This document shows, in pieces, positions 52,310 through 64,000 of a stretch of DNA of 64,000 nucleotides (its first letter is position 1; every line of letters starts with the position of its first letter). Both the position numbers and the translations under genes were made by a program. The DNA comes from Camelus ferus (lineage: Eukaryota), in the NCBI RefSeq assembly GCF_009834535.1, contig NC_045696.1:22694001-22758000 (forward strand), in the 5' to 3' direction. The notes below the pieces were generated by a model, which worked only from the letters and a program-made list of their open reading frames with translations, was not told where the DNA came from and made no database searches.

Positions 52310-52495
52310 GTATTAGAAAGGGCATTGGGCTGGGAGGTTATGAAATGTATTTTCTACTTTCCGTTTTGCACATCTGCTATGTCATTGTGGGAAATCGGTA
52401 AACTTCTGTAGGCTTAGCCCTTTCCATCTGGAAACTGAGAAGTGGGTTTATGCTGTCTCTATGGTCCTGTTCAATTTCAACATCTCAGATTCAAG
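52310..52495 (+). mobile_element. MIR3-like SINE
   Basis: gaaagggcattgggctgggag...ttccatctggaaactgagaag...tctctatggtcctgttcaatttcaacat. Confidence 0.6.
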
Positions 52496-52799
52496 TTCAA
52501 TTTATTAGTTATCTTCCATAAATTTTTTGCATTTGAATTCTCACTACTTCATTGCAATAGATAATTCACGTCCAAACTACCTTTCTCTGACAAATTAACT
52601 TTTTTATGACCTTAGAAACCACCATCTTCTATAGATAATAATGGTAATAGTAATAATGCTAATAACAACAATAATAAATTACCTCAGTCTGTATTTCATT
52701 TTGTTTCCATAAATCATATTCAGGTTGGCTTTACAAAATTAAACAGGGTGATTTTACCTGTGATTTTAAGTGAAGACTTAAAAATGAAAGTTCAATATT

Positions 52800-52975
52800 A
52801 ATGCTATTAAGAGCTACTATATAGTGATTGCCTAAGTGATAAGGACCGTGAGGTGACTTTTATATTTTTACTCTCACAAATACCAGTTGGAGGTGGGTAT
52901 AACTAGTTGGAAACCAAGGCTCAAAGAAGTGCATTCATTAACTACATTCCCAAGGCTGTGAATCCAAACCTATAT
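52800..52975 (-). mobile_element. MIR SINE, decayed
   Basis: gctattaagagctactatatag...ggaaaccaaggctcaaagaagt. Confidence 0.5.
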
Positions 52976-53789
52976 GTTGAAGTACAGATTAAATCCAGCT
53001 CTTGTTTTTCTTTTCTCAAATTAAAAAAGAAAAAAAAAAAGCAACATCTTAAATCTAAAAGTATGTGTCACATGGGCAGCTAGAAGTCTACAGAATAAAT
53101 AATCTATTTACAAAAGCATCACATAAATCAACAACTGTGAAGGAGTCATTCAAAATTTAAAGTACGGAAGTGGAAAGCCTGTAAAAAGTGAATTTTGACA
53201 GAGTTAGGGAAAAGTATTTTTTCCAGCCTTCATTGGCGTTATTACAAACAACAAAACTGTCATCACGTGTACCACTCACACTATCACCTTCCATTTTGCA
53301 GTCCTTTACAGATAACTGTGCCCGTGATTTCATGTGCATCTTTGACCAGCCCCCTTTCATGAAGTATTTATTTTGTACCTATTATTCCTGAAAAATAGTA
53401 GAGGTAGCATTCACCTCTACAGCCACCTCTATAAAAATAGTTTTATATCTGTATAAAGATGTATAGAAAGATAAATATTTTTAAACATATAATGATCAAA
53501 GCTCAGTCTTCACTACTTACTGCCTTTTTCTTCAACCATCTTTTAAGCCATAATTCAAATAAACAATTTCAGCTAGAAATCACATATTATTTCAAATGGC
53601 TATTTTGTTTTTATAGTATGGCTTGTTTCCATCCAAAAATGATTGATTGCCCCAAATTATTCTGAAAGATATTTCCTAAGGAGTTGAAAAGTGCTCACAT
53701 TTTATTTTATGATACAACAATTCATTAATACTGTACTGAGTAACAGCACAGTAATATTTTGATGATTTTGCATAAATTTGCAGCAGTGG

Positions 53790-53995
53790 GGAGAGATGTC
53801 AGGTGTTCCAAAGAGACAAGAAAGTAAAACATTGAGTTGGATTAGATGTGAAAAGTGAGAAAAAAGGAACTTTGAAGGATAAATTTTGGGTTTCTTGTCT
53901 TTGTAGTTGGATACATGGTGATGTCATTCAAAAAGCAAAGAAATATGGAAGACCAGATTGAGGGCAGAAAAACAGGTAAATATGGGTGTCAAATA
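53790..53995 (-). mobile_element. L2 fragment, continuing after the L1 at about 55015-55090
   Basis: ggattagatgtgaaaagtgagaaaaaagg...gtagttggatacatggtgatgtcattca. Confidence 0.55.
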
Positions 53996-54005
53996 TTGCT
54001 CTATT

Positions 54006-55004
54006 TTTTTCTTGTATTTGATTTTTTTCAATTTTCTTGTTCTAGTAAAATATACATAATATAAAATTTACCCCCTTAACCATTTTTAAGTGTACAGTTC
54101 AGTAGCATTTAAATACATTCATAATGTTTTACAATAATCACCACCATCCATCGCTATAACTCTTTTCATCTTGTGAAACTGAAACTCTGCATCTATTAAA
54201 CACTAATTCCCCATTGCTCCCTCCCCACCAGCCCCAGGCAACCACCATTCTACTTTCTGTTTCTATGGCTTTGACCAATCTAAGTACCTCATGTAAGTGA
54301 AATCACACAGTATTTGTCTTTTTGTGACTAATTTATTTTACATAGCGCGTCTTCCAGATTCACTCACGTTGCAGCATGTGTCAGAATTTCATTTCTTTTT
54401 AAATTCATAATATTTAATGAATAAATATTTCATTGTATGTATATACACATTTTGCTTATTCACTCACCTAATGATAGATTGAGCTGCTTTCACATTTTAG
54501 CTGTTGTGAATAATGCTGCCATGAACATGGGTATAAAAATATTTCTTTGAGACTCTGCTTTTAATTCTTTTGGGTACATACCCATAGGTGAAACTGCTGG
54601 GTCAAATGGCAGTTTTATTTTTAATTTTTTGAGGAATCATCGTACTATTTTCCAGAGTAGCTGGACTATTTTACATTCCTATTAACAGTGCACAAGGGTT
54701 CCAGTTTCTCCACATCATTGTCAACATTTTCTATTCTCTGGTTTTTTGTTGTTTTGATAGTAGCCACTTAATTGGGTGTAATGGGTACTTCATTGCAGTT
54801 TTGACTTGCATTTCCCTAATAATTAGTGATGCTGAACATCTTTTTATGTGTGTATTGGTCCTTTGTATACCTTCTTTGAAGAGATGTCTGTTCATATCTT
54901 TTGCCCACTTTGAATTGGGTTGTTTGGTTTTTTTGTTGAATTTTAGAAGTTCTCTCTATATTCTGGATATTAATCCTTTATCAGATATATAATTTACAAA
55001 AGTT
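54006..55004 (-). mobile_element. L1MB-type LINE 3' end with TSD
   Basis: aaaatatacataatataaaattta...aagtgtacagttcagtagcatt...gaaactgaaactctg. TSD ttgctctatt at 53996-54005 and 55005-55014. Confidence 0.9.
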
Positions 55005-56121
55005 TTGCTCTATTGAGCTATCTAAATTGAGGTGTTGAAAAGACAATTATATTGGTGGTTCTGAACTGGAGAGGGATGTAGGGAGAGTGTCTTCAGGAAA
55101 TCGAGGCTCAGTTAAGACAAAGATGTGCTGAGAACGAATGTGAAGATGGTGTGAAGACCAGGGGGCAGAGCAAAAGGGCATCGTACACATGCTCTGCCTG
55201 ATTTCTTTCCTAGGAATGAATGACCTTCATAGTCATAAGAGCCTAGAGTGGCATAAAGTTTATCTTTTTAAATGTTATCTAGTATCTACTAACTTTTGTG
55301 AACTAGGCCTGAAAATTCCACATTAGAATTAACAGGGGACAGTTGCCGTACTGCATGTGACTGAATGGAAAATACAGTTCGCAGCAACTACAAGTGTTTC
55401 CTCTCTCTTGCTCTCCTTTAAAAATGCATCTCAACTTTGGATGTGGAAGGAAAAGGAACAAGAACAACTCTGTGGATAAAGAAAGTTTTGAGCAAAAGTA
55501 AAGACTTTTGAAGATGGACTATGTCTCTCTAATGCTTTTAATTAAAACATAGACCTCACTGACCTTTCAGGAGTGGGAAAATAACTAAAGAACTGATTTA
55601 AAACAAAAGCTATAAATAAAAATCCTTGCTACTTACAATCTGTACTTCTTTTTTACTACCCTAACTTAGTCCCTTAAAATAGTTTTACATTTTCTTCAGA
55701 CAAATTCTGCTGTATTCTTACTTATCCAAATTCACTCACATATGCTTAACTATTAGCTGTCAATCAATGTAATAAAGTAGCATTTAAGAAATACATTGCC
55801 ACATGGGATCAGTGATTTTCCCATGTAATCCTGTCAGCAAAATATAAGGCCAGCTTCCTTTTAGAATCAGTTAATGCTAAATAAACTATAAACACTGTGA
55901 ATGACTGGAAGTCACCTTAAATGATTAACAGATTGGCTAACTTTTTGGCTCACTCTACACTTGCTATCATCATGAAATCTCATCTAAGTTGATTTAGGAA
56001 TGACTTACTCCCTGGTTAAGTAAATTATGCCATTATAAATTATAAATTCAATGGAACACTGTGCAGGCATTTTAATGAGATAGATATTTATCTGCTGGCA
56101 TAGAAAGGTACTCATGATATG

Positions 56122-57080
56122 ATCTTTTAGGTTAGATTTCCAGGAAACATACTCTGAGGAGAGGCATGTATAGAATGTTTACTGGGGAGTGAGGGAACGA
56201 GAAAGACAGGATTATGTACAGGGACAATCTGACCTGTAATGTAATAATAACTGAAAGACTGTAATTGATATCACAGAAAACGTGGACCTGGGATGATCCT
56301 TCAGAGTTACACAAAGTGTGGCAAAGTGGAGAAGGGGGATTGTATTCCTGCAGTATGCAGTCCTTCTCCATGGTTTCCTTGACAGGGAACACTGAAGGGA
56401 TTTCTCTATGACTGAGGGAAAATCCAAGTTTGGAGTGGAGCTAAAACTGTCAATAGCTGATATTCTGGGCCTCCATGGGTGAGTTCTTTCATCTTGATGA
56501 GGGATCTGGCCAGTGTCCCACGCTATTCACTGCAGTCCTCTCTTTGAGTTGCTCAGATCTCCTTACTTGTTATGGTAAGTTCACTCCATTTGAGAATCAC
56601 TTCTTCAAGATTATGATTCACCAAATTTCCTAGGAAAGCTTATAAAAGAAGAGTTAAGAGAATGAATTGCAGTCCTCAAAGAGGTGATTGATTTACAGTT
56701 CAAATTCTGAGATAGGAAATTGTATGCAGCACATTAATTTGTGAGTGATCTCAGGATTTACGTCTATAAGCATAAAGTGAGTGAGGGAAACAGGATTGAG
56801 CAAAGGGAAAAGCTGCCTCATAAGCTTACAGAGAGCTCTGGACCTGGGATAACCCTTCAGAATTGTCCAAATTGAGGCTACAGAGGCTGAGCATTTGTGT
56901 TCCCACATCAGCCAGTAATTAGTGGTGGAGTATACCCTCAAATCTGAGCATAACTTTGTTCATAACAGTTCCATGTGTCCAAAGGATAACCACCAGTAAA
57001 GGGCATGGTCACGTGGTCATAGGTCATCAGAGTGTCCTGAAGAGGGAATGTGGACAGAGTGCCACATCAGTGGTACCACA
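56122..57080 (-). mobile_element. ERVL provirus remnant: LTR16C-like LTR (56122-56534), internal 3' piece (56535-56695), second LTR (about 56700-57080)
   Basis: Two co-oriented copies share tggacctgggatgatccttcagagtt and tggacctgggataacccttcagaatt. The spacer resembles the ERV3-16A3 internal end. Confidence 0.75.
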
Positions 57081-57134
57081 TCACTGTGTGATGACGGAAG
57101 TGATTACAGTGATGTTGATGATGATTATCAACAT

Positions 57135-57350
57135 AGCAGCTGAGACTTTTACAGCACTTTGATGCTCCACCACTATCCTAAGATCTTGTTTGTTTAGTTC
57201 TTATAATGACTTTAAGAAGTAGGTACCACTGTTAGCTCTGTTTCTTGATGGAAAAACTAAGGCATAGAGAATTTGAACAGCACAACTTAAAGTTACACAG
57301 GTAGTAAGTGATGGAGCCAGGAGCTAACCCAAGGAAGTGGGACTCTATTG
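57135..57350 (-). mobile_element. MIR SINE
   Basis: gatggaaaaactaaggcatagaga...aagttacacaggtagtaagtgatggagccagga. Confidence 0.75.
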
Positions 57351-57514
57351 AATGAAAAAAAGGAAATGTGCATAAAATTAGAAAATATGAACCCATTTGC
57401 ATCAAAAGTGTTTGTGTGTGTCTAGATGTAAATACACATTTATATCAGTAGCTATATGTGAACTAGAAACATATTTGAAATATATATGTGTATATATACA
57501 CATATGCATATATA

Positions 57515-57658
57515 CAGTTGACCCTTGAACCATGCAAGTGTTAGGGGCAGTGACCTTCTGCACAGTAATTGTGTAGTACTGTGGTATTTACTACTGAAAA
57601 CCATCTGTGTATAACTGGACCCATGCAGTTTAAATCCATGTTGTTCAAAGGACAACTG
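57515..57658. mobile_element. Tigger2-derived MITE (TcMar)
   Basis: TIRs cagttgacccttgaac and gttcaaaggacaactg, each flanked by a TA TSD. 144 bp. Confidence 0.9.
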
Positions 57659-59219
57659 TAGATGTGTGTGAATTTGGCATACACAATGCCACAGTTGTAA
57701 CGCTGCTTACCTATTAGAGACTAGGACCGGGGTCTAAAATAAGGGATTTTTTACTCATAATTTTGGAAACTTTTTACAATTAGTGAATTAGTGTATTTTA
57801 TTTTTGCGAGGATTCGACCAAAACAATCACTTAAATCCCCAAATTCAGGTTTTGTATCTGTTACTGGGCTAATGGTGCAGCCCTCTTCACGTAGTTCATC
57901 GAGGGCAAAGATATATTTACAGATATTGGGAAAAAAATTTTATATTTTGATTCTTACTTTTCTTTTTTATTCATTTTATCAAACATTTTAATATCAACTC
58001 TGAGTCTTCTACCCACAGGGGTTTTATTTATTTATGAGCTCTTGTGTTTACAGCATGATTCACTGTCACTGGTCTTCATTTTTCCATCTGAGCTAATCTG
58101 TACATGAATGTAGGTCATGAGGATTTAACTTCTTGAGCAGTGAGGAGATCGATTGCAATGCCGTCATCGTGCCTTCTTCTCCATGGAATTTGGGTCTCTT
58201 CTGAATGATGGCAGTTGCCCACAGTGAGGGTGAGGGATGTCTTTGCAGGGGTGTTGGGGTTATTACTCATGACTCTGCAGGAGGAGAAGGGCTAAAGGGA
58301 GTTGTGAAAGCAGCAGGAGATCATGTGGCAGCTTTCTGAGGTTGGGGCTGGAGGAGTGTGCAATCCTTTTTCAAATTCAAATGTCGTGTAACCAGACACC
58401 TCTAAGTTTAGTGCTTACCTACTTGACCTTGCTGACACCTCATTATTGCAAGTTCCCATCTTTAAGAATTATGTGCACTTGGTATTTTGTGATCTCACTT
58501 CCTCCTTTCTCTTTTTTTCTCTTACTTAAGTTGTTACTCTCTATCTTCACACTCAGGCCATTAATTTCCCTCTGTAGAAAGGTAGTAATCTATCACCCTA
58601 ACTATCACAGTAAAGGAAATGCCAAAGCAAAACCGAGCTGAAAGAAGAGGAGGAGAATATGAGGGTCCATGATTAACTCTGAAGGCAGAGAAATATCCAA
58701 GACCTTTTAATTTAACTTAATTTATGCCATTGGGGTTTCAAAGCTCATAACAATAATTATCACTTTGCAAAAAATTTTGCAAAGAAAGAATGTAAATTAT
58801 TGGAGAAGGGATCAATTTCAGTAATTATCTCGTCTATTTACTTCATTTTACAGATGAGAAAATGGATGTAGAAATATCAACCAAATTTATTGTTGCCACA
58901 CAATCCTACAAGGAAAGAGTTTTATAATCTCTTACATAAAATAGGACTGGGAGCTGGCGTAGCAGCCAGTGAGGTCAGGCTCTCAGAGTGACCTTTGGGG
59001 TCTGGGAGATATAGTCCACCGAGGCAGAAACAGTTTAGTGTTCTGGATGAATCTGTGGGCCAGAGAACTTCCCTAAATTCATCCTCAGGGCCACAGGCTT
59101 TTGTGTTTGTCCACACTCTGGAATTTCCTAGTTGATAATGACCCTGGACTTCATCTCCCAGATTAAATCCTAAATGTTAAAGAAAGCATCCCATTCTACA
59201 CAAATCTTTCCAGTGATGC

Positions 59220-59334
59220 TTTTTTTTTTTTTTTTAAATTGAAGTAGTCAGTTACATTGTGTCAATTTCTGGTGTACAGCACAACGTCCCCGTCTTGTGT
59301 GTGTGTGTGTGTTTTCATATTTTTTTTTTCCATT
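59220..59334 (-). mobile_element. Very short lineage-specific L1 3' end
   Basis: T-run, then aattgaagtagtcagttacattgtgtcaatttctggtgtacagcac. Confidence 0.8.
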
Positions 59335-59558
59335 GCTGCTTAGGAAAGTACCTTTTTAATTGGGGGTTCCATCTTTGGGGTAGGAATGGGAGGAAGAGAG
59401 AGAGAGAGAGAAGAGGAGGGGAGGGGAGTAGAGAGACCTTTGGTTCATGGACAGTTCATTCTTGGCATGTTCCCTGAAAGAAGGTACATGAAAATTATCC
59501 AAAGGACTTTTTCAGACCACCCATAGCTCGCTCATAGGTGAGCTCTCTTCTCTTCCAT

Positions 59559-59727
59559 CAGTGTTTCTCAATCCTGGCTGTACATTAGACTCATCCAGAG
59601 GCTTCTAAAGTAACGCTGATGGCCAGTCCCCTCCCCAGACAAACCAAATTAAATTCCCAGGGATGAGATCGAGATACTAGTAGTGAACATTACAGATTGC
59701 TCATGTGCAGCCAGAGTTGAGAATTTG
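59559..59727. mobile_element. MER5-type hAT MITE
   Basis: cagtgtttctcaatcctggctgtacattagactca...atgtgcagccagagttgagaa (inverted termini). Confidence 0.8.
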
Positions 59728-60524
59728 AGAATCCCTTCCTGGAGGAACATGTATCAAATAACCCCCCTCATCCCACTGAGAAATCCTAGCCATTTTGAGC
59801 TATCGTTACTAAGAGTTGTGTTGGAAAAATGTGAGCACCATCACTCCTGCTGTTTTTTTAAGGACAGGATAAGAGCCTGACTTAGAGCTGGCCCAGTGAT
59901 AACCAGAAAGTGGAATTAAAACTATAATTTACCTCATAATTGCTATTATTGTAAAAAGCAATATTAATGAATAGTTATTTCTCTCTTATTTGTTAGAATT
60001 AGTATAATTATTTCACCATTTTAATGACGATTTATTTTTCACAAGTAGGTGAAAATTATAGTTTCTTGAAGTTATCATAAGGTCATTATTGAAATTAATT
60101 GATATAAATGAAAAAATTATAATGAATTTAAAGCATAAACAGTAACAGAAACTATGCTGTTTAAAAAGGTATAGATAATGGGACACCCGCACAATTCAAA
60201 TTCATAAAGTCCTACATGAAAATAGAATTATTTAGAATTTGCCTCTTAATGTTATGTTGGAGGATCTCATAATGTGGAAAACAACTTTGTCTAAAGCAGT
60301 AAATACATAAATACATGCTAATAACTGTGGAAGTAGTTTGCTTAATAAGATTTATCCTTGTTATAAATACTTTCGAAAAGCCTACAATTGGAAAATGCAT
60401 TTCTAAAATTTAAAAATAGAAAATTATCATGAAATAAAAATTACATATTCAGGATGTTATTTTATGTTTCTTTTTTTTAAAAGCGGTACTAGGACTTCTC
60501 CCACTTACGTGATACCATCTCTAC

Positions 60525-60739
60525 CAGTGGTTCAGAAATGGGGACAACTTTATGCTCCCCCAGGGGACATTTGGCAATGTCTAGGGACAGTTCTGATTGT
60601 CACGGCTTAAAGAAGAGAAGTGTTACCAGCGTTTAGTAGGTAGAAGGCAGGTGTGCTGCTAAATACCCTTACAGTGTGGGCAGCCTCCCGTGGGGAAGAA
60701 TGATGTGGTCCAAAGTGGCAACAGTGTTGAGGTTTACTG
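60525..60739 (+). mobile_element. MER20 hAT element
   Basis: cccccaggggacatttggcaatgtctagggacagttctgattgtcac...gctgctaaataccctta...caacagtgttgaggtt. Confidence 0.88.
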
Positions 60740-63083
60740 GTTTTAAACTAACTCGTTAGAAACTTCACCTTTTCTTTAAAAAGGCAATAATTATGGACAT
60801 TTTCATTGATAATGTAATTCAGTAACTCTTTATAAATGTCAGAAAGGGTCAACTTGAATCTCTAAGATAAAACCTTTACTTTGTTATAAACCCAAATAGA
60901 AATATATCACGTACCTGCTAGGGTGTCCATACCTTGTTTGTGATGATCAGAAGTCCCGTACGTAATCTCTTTTCATTGGTAGAGAAGAGCAGGTGCATGT
61001 ACTCGCTCCACGACCACGAATGGGCGCCCTCAGCCAGCATCCAGCCTCCTTTTAGCATGTGGAATCTCCACTACGCCTTTGCAAAGGGAGTTTTAGAACT
61101 CAAGTTCACTCGGATAAAACTCACATTATAATTTCTTGAATTCTTTTCAAGAATTCATCAATCATCCAAGAACTCAACAATCCATCCTTTTTCTTTCACC
61201 TTTATTTCCCTAGCATTTAAATAAAGTGTCTTGGATATAGTAAGACTGCCACAAGGCATGTTAACTTTAATCGGGAGGGGAGCACTTTTCCAATTTACAC
61301 TTTGCCTTGCTCAGACTACTTTTCTTCATAATTTACTCCTGCTCTGCTTGGTCTAACCAACTCAGGAAGGAGGGAAGTTCCCTAAAAGGTTTTCATGGTC
61401 TTTAATGAAGCAGCCTTCATAGTTTTTTGTTTTTTTTTTTTTTAATGCAGCAAAGAGGTCTAAGAGAGAGTTTAGTTGCAGATAAAGCAGGAACAGAAAC
61501 CATATGGCAGTGTGGAAGAAATTGGGGAAAAGAAAACATGTGCTTTGGATGTAAAGTCTTTCACATAATTTTGTCAGCAAATAATTCTAGACTTTAAAAT
61601 AAATTTGTCAGCAAATAATTCTTTCAGCAGGAGGAAGGTAGCTATTGGAAGCCACAGGTCAAGGGACATTTATTTTTAAGGAAAATAGAACGTAGAAGGA
61701 ATAGTGCTGAACACACACTACAGAGCTGGAAGTCAAAAGCATAGAGACAGAATTTGAAAATGTGTAAATGGAAGAACGACTTAAATAGAGCAGAGGGAGA
61801 GAAGAGCAGAAAGCCAAGGATTGTATCTTGGAAATGAGAAAAAGAAGGTCTGTTCAAGGTGACAGAGGAAAAGCAGAGAGGATCTTTGAAGTATCTTTAA
61901 AAATTACTTTAAATATCCCTGGGGCCAGAACCTCTGGCATTCACGTGATCAGAGAAAGCACAATGATGTGATGTGTATTGCGGGCAGATGTAATTTCCAG
62001 GGTCAGACAAAATTCCATCAGTCTCCCACTTCGCTTCCTTTGTTCTTTTTCAACTTAAAACTCCCACACATGACCCGTACTTACATACTCAGTGTGTGCC
62101 TTCTCTTCCAAAGTTCTGTAGTTCTTCTCCTTGTGAATCTGAGTCCACTTCCAGACAAAAGCCCCCTGAGCGCAGACTAGGCTGTGCTGCAGTGTCTTCA
62201 CGGTCCAGGCCGCAATCAGGAGAGAGGCCAGACTGCAGAGATTAAGGTCGATCAAATGCGAGGAACCTAACGGGAGTGCCTAATAGCCAAGGCATAGACC
62301 AGCCAACTGAGCCACAGTTCAGAAAGGAGACATGCACACAGAATTAAAAATCCAGGAGAATAGAAGGAGTGTCTTTAAAGGCAGAGGACTAAAAGAGAGA
62401 TTATGACTGGAAAAAAAAAGGGTAAGTCCCTTTGTAAAGAACACTTGGGGCCTCTGGCATGGGCCTACAAGGAGCTGCTAAAAGCTCAGACTCTGAGCTG
62501 TTACCCTACTGTGTTTCTTGCTCCAAAACTGACTATTCAACCCTGCTCCTCTCCAATTATTTCAGCTTTGTATTAGGAAAAAAACAAACAAAAAAAACTG
62601 CTTAGGAATATCTGATTAAATTTTATGATAGATTCAACCTCCCCAAGGAGTAATTTGTAAGTTTAAAAGGGGTGCTTTTTTTTTTCCCAAACCCAAGCGA
62701 ACCTCTAATCAGTAGAATGTGTTGGAGGAAGTAAAACCATGGCCTGAATGTTGGTAAATCACCAACCAGTTAACTTGTGGCTTCAATTTAGCTAGGTTTG
62801 GATCGGAAATCTGTATCTTATTAGGCTAAGCCTTTTCTAATTTTGCGTTTTCTTTATTTTCCTTTACTTTCTTCTCAGTTCTTTATTTTCCATTCTTAGC
62901 TTTTCTTTGTTAAGTATGGCGCAAGATGGGAAAGGGGTTTTTGTCCATTTCTGGGTCTGGCAGCAAGGAGACGACTATGTGTCCATGGAGGCTGAAGTCA
63001 AGACCAAAGAGCCAAGAGGGAGGTGTAAATCCTTGGAAGAGAGAAACCATTCCTACAGACATGCTATTTTGCCTGTGAGGATC

Positions 63084-63439
63084 TGTCTTATTCTATTCAG
63101 GCTTCTGTAACAGAATACCATAGCATGGGTGACTTATAAGTAACAGAAGTTTATTTCCCACAGACCTAGAGGCTGGAACATTCAAGATGAAGGGGTGGGC
63201 AGACTCTTTTTCTGGTGAGGGCCCACTTCTGGCTCATAGATGGCTGTCTGTGGTCTCACAGGGTGGAAAAGGGCAAGGGCTCTCTGGGGTCTTTTTTTAT
63301 AAGGACACAAATCTCCTTTATGAGAGCTCCACCCTCATGGCCTAACCCACCCAAAGGACTCCACCTCCAAATACCATCACACTGGGGGCTAATTTTCATT
63401 ATGTGAAATTTGGGAAGGGGACATAAACAGTCTATAGCA
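63084..63439 (-). mobile_element. MaLR solo LTR (MLT1A/MLT1A0)
   Basis: tgtcttattctattcaggcttctgtaacagaataccatag...ccacctccaaataccatcacactgggg...cagtctatagca. Confidence 0.9.
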
Positions 63440-63499
63440 ATCTCTCATATAGACCTTTCTCTTTTCTTCACAGAGTTTTTGTATATTTATTTCTAAACC

Positions 63500-63630
63500 G
63501 TAGCTCTCTGTAATACTATTTTAAGAACCTGGCTGCTGAGTCTTGCTAAAATAGCATCTCCAAGATTAGGGCTCAAAATCTGCATATTTATCAAGCTCTT
63601 CCGATGACACTTAAACTGCCAGGAAGCATG
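63500..63630. mobile_element. MER5-like fragment
   Basis: agggctcaaaatctgcatatttatcaagctcttcc...gatgac. Confidence 0.45.
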
Positions 63631-64000
63631 CTCAGTGTGATACAGTGAAGTAAAACTGTACTCTGAATGAATCTTGTTTTGTTTTTGCATTTCCATCAGA
63701 CTCTTTGAAAGTTGGAAAGGATTCAACGTGAAGAGTGTAAGACTTCAGTTCTTTCATAAGGGCTAGGAATTTCCCAAACAAAAAGATATCTCTCTAACCA
63801 CTTTATCACTGACTGAAAAATTTGACCACGGTTGATTTTTTTTCTTCTGTATTAATTTTTCCAATTTTCTTCCAAATGGTAAAGAAAAAGAAATACATTA
63901 AGTTCAAATAAAGCTTGTAACTCAGTTAACTAGATAGCTATCTGCCATCACACATCAGACATGAGAAACTTGAGATTTCAGGGCTTCCTCTATACTGAAT

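Noticed and set aside
58763..58784. Palindrome ctttgcaaaa-aa-ttttgcaaag
   Set aside because: Short and AT-rich, as expected by chance in 64 kb.
1..64000. ORF track entries as protein-coding genes
   Set aside because: All are short. They are L1 ORF2 remnants, antisense reads of repeats, low-complexity translations, or have no recognisable homology.
1..64000. Prokaryotic-type systems, CRISPR arrays, NUMTs or non-retroviral viral inserts
   Set aside because: The sequence is mammalian throughout and I saw no such signatures by eye. Highly decayed inserts cannot be excluded without BLASTX.

Overview
AT-rich, CpG-depleted mammalian genomic DNA, most likely camelid (Camelus/Vicugna/Lama). The assignment rests on a Vic-1-type tRNA-derived SINE at 50334-50455 and cetartiodactyl-type L1 3' ends. 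No intact protein-coding gene is recognisable. The ORF track consists of decayed L1 ORF2 pieces and chance ORFs, so the window is intergenic or lies in a large intron. Repeats dominate: young and old L1s, MIR, L2, ERVL/MaLR/ERV1 LTRs, and hAT and Tigger elements. A repeat-poor, homeobox-motif-rich stretch at about 37-45 kb looks regulatory. The most notable items are retrotransposition products. (1) A tailless retrocopy of a tRNA-Cys(GCA) 5' half with a perfect 15-bp TSD. (2) A 5'-inverted (twin-primed) RPS13 processed pseudogene inside an L1 fragment that itself sits inside an older L1. (3) Three young L1 pieces that appear to replace missing parts of older L1s. (4) An internally deleted two-LTR ERVL provirus. 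I found no evidence of a new gene system. Repeat family names come from recalled consensus sequences and need confirming with RepeatMasker/Dfam.
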